Assembly (NCBI GenBank): GCA_965227295.1
Contig: OZ245742.1
Coordinates: 4,096,001-4,160,000, forward strand
Length of the DNA stretch: 64,000 bases
Direction: 5' to 3'
DNA from: Leptonemataceae bacterium
Lineage (GTDB): Bacteria > Spirochaetota > Leptospiria > Leptospirales > Leptonemataceae
Shown piece by piece: positions 58,791-64,000 of the stretch. The translations under genes and the position numbers were made by a program. Within the stretch, counting starts at the first letter, position 1. Each line of letters opens with the position of its first letter. Below the pieces are notes generated by a model that saw only the letters and a program-made list of their open reading frames with translations, searched no databases and was not told where the DNA came from.

Positions 58791-59393
58791 ATGGCCGAAT
58801 TCGTTACCATCCTCAAGAAACACAGCGCCAAATTCATTCTTCTTGCGACGACCGTTGTTCTCATCTACTGGGTCTGGATCGTTCCGCCGAAGTACCAGGG
58901 CTACCAGCCCGACCAACCCGTTCCCTTCTCTCACAAAATTCACGCCGGTGAAATGAACATGGACTGCCGGTTCTGTCACGCGTCGGTCGAGAAGGGACCG
59001 CATGCTTCGGTGCCGGATACCGCAACCTGCATGAAGTGTCACCAACAGGTCGCATCGGACAGCCCGTACATTCAGTACGTCCGCCAGTCCTACGAACAGG
59101 GAGTGCCCATCCGCTGGATCAAAGCGCACGACCTTCCCGACCACGCACGGTTCAGTCACAAACCGCACATCGCTTTTCTGGGCGGGCAGCCCGGAGTGGA
59201 GAACACTGCCGAGACCTGTGCCCACTGCCACGGTGATATGCGCGAAGTCGAAGGCAAGGTCGCCGTCGCCTCCGAGTTCAACATGGGCTGGTGCGTGAAC
59301 TGCCACCGCAGTTACGAAAACCAGGTCCAGGATACACCGGCCGGTTTCAACCAGGCCTCCAATCTAACCACGTGCGGCACATGCCATTATTAA
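58791..59393 (+). CDS. actA: Alternative complex III pentaheme cytochrome c
   Basis: N-terminal TM, GYQPDQPVPFSHKIHAG, five CxxCH motifs. Confidence 0.93.
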   Translation: MAEFVTILKKHSAKFILLATTVVLIYWVWIVPPKYQGYQPDQPVPFSHKIHAGEMNMDCRFCHASVEKGPHASVPDTATCMKCHQQVASDSPYIQYVRQSYEQGVPIRWIKAHDLPDHARFSHKPHIAFLGGQPGVENTAETCAHCHGDMREVEGKVAVASEFNMGWCVNCHRSYENQVQDTPAGFNQASNLTTCGTCHY

Positions 59394-59485
59394 TTCCTCT
59401 GTTTCGGATTGCTCCTGAATAGCCGAACCGAGGACAGCCAAGCAAAAGAGCAGCGAAGACCAACAGACGTTCAGCCTGAAATACT

Positions 59486-62400
59486 ATGAAGCATTCGCAG
59501 AAATCAGCCCAAACCGCCGGAACGTTTAAGAAATACTGGCAATCCCTCGAAGAGAAACAGGACCTGGCGCTTACCGACTGGGAGCGCCCGGAATTTCCGG
59601 AACGCCCGGAAACGTCCGCGAAGTCCGGCTTCTCGCGCCGGGACTTCCTGAAGTTCATGGGGGCCGGTGCCGTCATGGCCACCGCGGCCTGCCGCCGTCC
59701 CACCGAGCAGATCGTTCCCGCGGTCAAAGCACCGCCGGAACAGGTCCCCGGTTTGCCCACGTTCTACTCCAGCACCACCCCGGGCGGTTCCGGCATTGTC
59801 GTGCGCACCCGCGACGGACGCCCGGTAAAAATCGCCGGCAACCCCGACCATCCGCTGACCCACGGAGGTGTGACCGCCTCGGAAGTTGCATCGATCATGG
59901 ACCTCTACGATCCGGATCGTCTACGCAAGCCGGTCGTCTTCGAAGAGAAGAACGGCAAGCGCCGCAAGCAGGTCAGCACGGACAGCGCCATCGTCTCCGC
60001 GGCCACCGCCAAACTTGCGAGCGGCGAAAGTTACCTGCTCTTCACCGGTCCGGTGGACAGCCCGTCGACGCGCTCCCTCGTCGCCGATTTTCTGCGCAAG
60101 TATCCCGGCGGTCGTCACGTAGAGTTTCGTCCGGATCCGGCGCTCCGCCAGATCGCCGAAGGCCAGCGGGAATCTTACGGCCAGGACCTCGTCCCGAACT
60201 ATCGCTTCGATCGTGCCGACCTGGTCGTCTCCATTGACGGCGACTTCCTGGGCACGCTCATTCACCCGGCCTACTTTTCACACGCCTTCACTTCGAAGCG
60301 CGACCTGCGCAAGAGCAAGAAGTCCATCAACCGACTGGTGGCTTTCGAGTCCATGTTCACGCTCACCGGTTCCAACGCCGACGAACGCTACGGCATCCGT
60401 CCCGGGGACCAAACGCTCATCGCCCTCGCCATCGCATCGTACTTAATCGTTGAACAACGTCGCAGCAATCTGGCCGGCAACGCCGCCGTGCGTTCGCTGC
60501 TGCAACAGTATCGCCCGGAAACCATTGCCAACGCGCTCAAGCAAGAGAGCGGCCTGTACCGCAAGGGTCACTTCGAAGAGGTGATTGCCCGCGTCGCCGA
60601 CGAACTGTGGAACCATCGCGGTCGCAGCCTGGTCATCGGCGGTTCGCCCCTGGCCGCGACCGGCAACAACGCCGCCGCTCAAATTGCGGTGAACCTGTTA
60701 AACTCGATCCTCGGCAACGACGGAGTGACCGTGGCCTACGGGCAGCCGCTCCAGTACAGCACCGGCATCTCCGATCGCGAACTCCAGGCGGTCATCGGCG
60801 ACATCGGCAAACGCTACAAAACGATCATCCTCGCGGCCAACCCGGTCTATCATTTGCCCCAGAATCTGAATGCCCATGCGGCGCTGGCCAAGGCCGACTA
60901 CGTGCTGGCCCTGAGCGATCGCCTGGACGAAAGCGCACAACTGGCCGACGCCGTGTTGCCGCTCAGTCACTGGCTGGAAGCCTGGGGCGACAGCGAAGTC
61001 ATCGCCGGAGTACACGGCATTCGTCAGCCGGTCATCCGTCCGCTCTACAATACACTTTCACTCGAAGATCGCTTGATCCAGCTCGCCGGCGGAAACCTCG
61101 GCGGGCAGTCCACGTTCCACGACTACGTGAAGAACCGCTGGCGCGGGCTTGCGGGTGGGAAGAACTTCCGTAAGTTCTGGGTCTCCGTCCTCCAGGCCGG
61201 CTACTACGCCCCCGGCCGGTCCGCCCTGAAAGGCTCGCGTCCGGCCCGTACGTTTCGTCCGGGCGCCCTCGGCCGACTGCCGCAATTCTCGAGTGCGTCC
61301 GGTCCGGAAACGGACAGCGGCAAACTCGTCCTCGGCCTCTACTATAACGTGCAGGTTCTCGACGGCAGCGGCGCGAACAACGCCTACCGCCAGGAACTGC
61401 CCGATCCCGTGACGAAGATCGTCTGGGACAACTACGTGGCCATGTTGCCCGCCACGGCGCGCAGTCTCGGCCTGCAGCAGGGTTCGATGGTGGAACTCAC
61501 CACGAAGTCCGGCGCTAAGATGAAGCTGCCCGTGCACCTGCAGCCCGGCCTGCATCCTCAGGCGGCCCTGGTGGCCCTGGGCTACGGTCGCGAGGCGGCC
61601 GGCAAAATCGGCGACGGCGTGGGCAAGAAGGCCCTGGACATGGTCGTCATCGGCTCTGACTCACTGGCCTTCTCCGGCGACGTCGTCGAGGTCAAAGCCG
61701 CCGGTGGTCGTCATACCCTGGCCAGCACGCAAACGATCTACCGCCAGGGCTTCAACGATCAGAGCAAACGCAATCTTCCCGGCACGCCCGAGGGCGCGCA
61801 CGAGGTTCCCTTCGCCGGCTCATCTCTCTACACGGGGATGCGCGACGGCAAACACCAGCAACGCCCCATCGTCCGCGAAACGACCTGGAGCGAGTACAAA
61901 ACCGGCAAGTTCGAACTGCAACCGCCGGCCCTTTACTACCCGAAGGGCGCGGAACTCATGCCGGAGTGGAACTACAAAGATACGCGCTGGCACATGGTCA
62001 TCGACCTGAACGCCTGCACCGGTTGCGGCGCCTGCGTTACGTCGTGTAACAACGAGAACAACATCCCCATGGTCGGCCGTGATCAGGTGGCCCGGGGTCG
62101 CGAGATGCACTGGCTGCGCATCGATCGTTACTTCGTCACGACGGCGGAAGAGAGTCTGGACCAGGACGAAATCGAAGAAGCGCCGGTTATCGCGCACCAG
62201 CCGATGCTCTGTCAGCACTGTGAAAACGCACCGTGCGAAAACGTTTGTCCGGTGGCGGCCACGACGCACAACCACGAAGGTCTGAACGTCATGACCTACA
62301 ACCGCTGCGTCGGCACGCGCTATTGCGCGAACAACTGCCCTTACAAAGTACGTCGCTTTAACTGGTACGAAAACTGGAACTACATGGAAGGCCTGTGGCG

Positions 62401-62743
62401 CGGCATTCGCGACCCGCAGCATCTGGCCATGAACCCCGACGTCACCGTGCGCACGCGTGGTGTCATCGAGAAGTGCATGTTCTGTATTCAACGCATCGCG
62501 GTGGCTCGCCAGGAAAGCAAAGCCCGCGGCGAAAGCTACGTTCCGGACGGCTCCGTGGTTACGGCCTGCCAGGAAGTCTGCCCCACCGGCGGCATCAGTT
62601 TCGGAAACATCCTCGATCCGGACAGCGACGTGCAGAAGCTCAAGAAGAAAGAAGAGCAGCGCTCCTTCCAGGTCCTCGACTTCCTCGGGGTTAAACCCTC
62701 GATCACTTACCTGGCACGGGTTCGAAACAAGGGGCAGAGCTGA
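59486..62743 (+). CDS. actB: Alternative complex III subunit B (Tat-exported molybdopterin-oxidoreductase-like + Fe-S domain)
   Basis: YWQSLEE, SRRDFLK Tat motif, CTGCGAC...C, CQHCENAPC..VCP, CVGTRYCANNCPY, EKC.FC.QR. Confidence 0.95.
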   Translation: MKHSQKSAQTAGTFKKYWQSLEEKQDLALTDWERPEFPERPETSAKSGFSRRDFLKFMGAGAVMATAACRRPTEQIVPAVKAPPEQVPGLPTFYSSTTPGGSGIVVRTRDGRPVKIAGNPDHPLTHGGVTASEVASIMDLYDPDRLRKPVVFEEKNGKRRKQVSTDSAIVSAATAKLASGESYLLFTGPVDSPSTRSLVADFLRKYPGGRHVEFRPDPALRQIAEGQRESYGQDLVPNYRFDRADLVVSIDGDFLGTLIHPAYFSHAFTSKRDLRKSKKSINRLVAFESMFTLTGSNADERYGIRPGDQTLIALAIASYLIVEQRRSNLAGNAAVRSLLQQYRPETIANALKQESGLYRKGHFEEVIARVADELWNHRGRSLVIGGSPLAATGNNAAAQIAVNLLNSILGNDGVTVAYGQPLQYSTGISDRELQAVIGDIGKRYKTIILAANPVYHLPQNLNAHAALAKADYVLALSDRLDESAQLADAVLPLSHWLEAWGDSEVIAGVHGIRQPVIRPLYNTLSLEDRLIQLAGGNLGGQSTFHDYVKNRWRGLAGGKNFRKFWVSVLQAGYYAPGRSALKGSRPARTFRPGALGRLPQFSSASGPETDSGKLVLGLYYNVQVLDGSGANNAYRQELPDPVTKIVWDNYVAMLPATARSLGLQQGSMVELTTKSGAKMKLPVHLQPGLHPQAALVALGYGREAAGKIGDGVGKKALDMVVIGSDSLAFSGDVVEVKAAGGRHTLASTQTIYRQGFNDQSKRNLPGTPEGAHEVPFAGSSLYTGMRDGKHQQRPIVRETTWSEYKTGKFELQPPALYYPKGAELMPEWNYKDTRWHMVIDLNACTGCGACVTSCNNENNIPMVGRDQVARGREMHWLRIDRYFVTTAEESLDQDEIEEAPVIAHQPMLCQHCENAPCENVCPVAATTHNHEGLNVMTYNRCVGTRYCANNCPYKVRRFNWYENWNYMEGLWRGIRDPQHLAMNPDVTVRTRGVIEKCMFCIQRIAVARQESKARGESYVPDGSVVTACQEVCPTGGISFGNILDPDSDVQKLKKKEEQRSFQVLDFLGVKPSITYLARVRNKGQS

Positions 62744-62775
62744 GCTCCTAACAATAGCTTACTGGTATTTAACGC

Positions 62776-64000
62776 ATGGCACAGGACAAAGACTCGGCAT
62801 ACGAAGAAGAGTGGCGGAAGATCAAACCGCCGCTCGTAACCGGCGATAAGGTCTACAAAGACGTCAACGATGACGTCGTCGCCCCCATTGACGCGTTCCC
62901 CACGAAGTTGTGGTGGATCGCGTTCGGCATTTCGGTAGGCCTCCTCGGGCTCCTGGGCATCGAGATCGGCTGGCTGATCGCCAACGGCATGGGCGTCGTC
63001 GGTGTGAACGTTCCCATCTCCTGGGGCTCGTTCATCATCACGTTCGTTTTCTGGATCGGCATCGGTCACGCGGGAACGTTGATTTCCGCGGTCCTGTATA
63101 TCTTCCGGCAACAGTGGCGCACGGCCATCAACCGTTCCGCGGAAGCCATGACCATCTTCGCGGTCGCCTGCGCGGGTATCTTCCCGATCATCCACGTCGG
63201 TCGTCCCTGGCTGGTACTCATCTGGTTCCCGCCGCTGCCCAACGAACGCGGCACGCTGTGGCCGAACTTCCGTTCGCCGCTGCTCTGGGACCTTTTTGCA
63301 ATCTCTACTTACTTAACAATTTCGCTGGTCTTCTGGTACCTCGGCCTCGTGCCGGACCTCGCGTCCATCCGCGACCGTATCAAGGGCAGTGACTTCTGGC
63401 AGAAAATCCGCAAAAACTTCTACTCCGCCCTGTCTCTGGGCTGGGTGGGCAGCGCGCGCTCCTGGGCGCACTACGAATCCACGGCGATGATCCTCGCCGG
63501 CCTTTCGACGCCGCTCGTCCTTTCGGTGCACTCCATCGTATCCTTCGACTTTGCGACGTCGGTCATCCCGGGCTGGCACACGACTATCTTCCCGCCCTAC
63601 TTCGTCGCGGGCGCCATCTTCTCCGGCTTCGGCATGGTACTCACGCTGCTCATTCTCATGCGTGAGCTCTTTCAACTGAAAGACTACATTACCATGAAAC
63701 ACCTGGAGAACATGGCGAAAGTCTGCACACTCACGGGCATGCTCGTCGGCCTCGCCTACGGCACCGAGTTCTTCGTGGCCTGGTATTCGGGCTCCGAGCC
63801 GGAAGCCTTCGCATTCATCAACCGCGCCTTCGGTCCGTACTGGTGGGCCTACTGGATCATGATCTCGTGCAACGTGATCAGCCCGCAGATCTTCTGGTTC
63901 AAACAACTGCGCACGAACATCTACGTGCTGTGGGTGGTTTCGATCTTTATCAACATCGGTATGTGGTTCGAGCGCTTCGTGATCGTTGTCACGTCGCTGC
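62776..64000 (+). CDS. actC: Alternative complex III subunit C (NrfD/PsrC family), runs off window
   Basis: From ATG 62776: [81 protein letters not shown]. Confidence 0.95.
   Translation, partial: MAQDKDSAYEEEWRKIKPPLVTGDKVYKDVNDDVVAPIDAFPTKLWWIAFGISVGLLGLLGIEIGWLIANGMGVVGVNVPISWGSFIITFVFWIGIGHAGTLISAVLYIFRQQWRTAINRSAEAMTIFAVACAGIFPIIHVGRPWLVLIWFPPLPNERGTLWPNFRSPLLWDLFAISTYLTISLVFWYLGLVPDLASIRDRIKGSDFWQKIRKNFYSALSLGWVGSARSWAHYESTAMILAGLSTPLVLSVHSIVSFDFATSVIPGWHTTIFPPYFVAGAIFSGFGMVLTLLILMRELFQLKDYITMKHLENMAKVCTLTGMLVGLAYGTEFFVAWYSGSEPEAFAFINRAFGPYWWAYWIMISCNVISPQIFWFKQLRTNIYVLWVVSIFINIGMWFERFVIVVTSL

Noticed and set aside
58791..64000. actABC as a novel respiratory system
   Set aside because: It matches the known alternative complex III gene order and motifs.

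Overview
This is a GC-rich bacterial chromosome segment. A Leptospiraceae-like spirochaete is inferred from gene content (FG-GAP lipoprotein, ggt-gshA-ATP-grasp next to grx/bolA/gst, alternative complex III); no search was run to confirm it. Bases 1-5.4 kb are a pile-up of mobile elements: two tandem IS481-family elements (one with a passenger ORF), an intact group II intron with an RT/maturase/HNH protein inserted in the end repeats of a decayed integrase-core IS, and a second truncated 5' copy of the intron. Bases 5.7-14.6 kb are a Wzm/Wzt polysaccharide locus with a GDP-mannose 3,5-epimerase-like gene and two paralogous propeller-type glyco-enzymes. Bases 14.6-19.5 kb are a Rieske oxygenase (with an unusual N-terminal fusion)-MFS-FMO-aquaporin operon. 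The rest holds signalling and housekeeping genes, a 1011-aa Cys-His-Asp domain/M20 amidohydrolase fusion with rearranged motifs, a glutathione/glutaredoxin cluster, an intact IS3-family element, an AT-rich cassette-like EstT-type esterase, gmhB, an ABC-2 exporter, ispH, namZ, a rhomboid, cmoB, clpB and the start of actABC. Three kinds of dispersed repeat, three Fur-like boxes and a candidate structured RNA lie between genes. No rRNA, tRNA or CRISPR array was found. All family calls come from motif recognition by eye.
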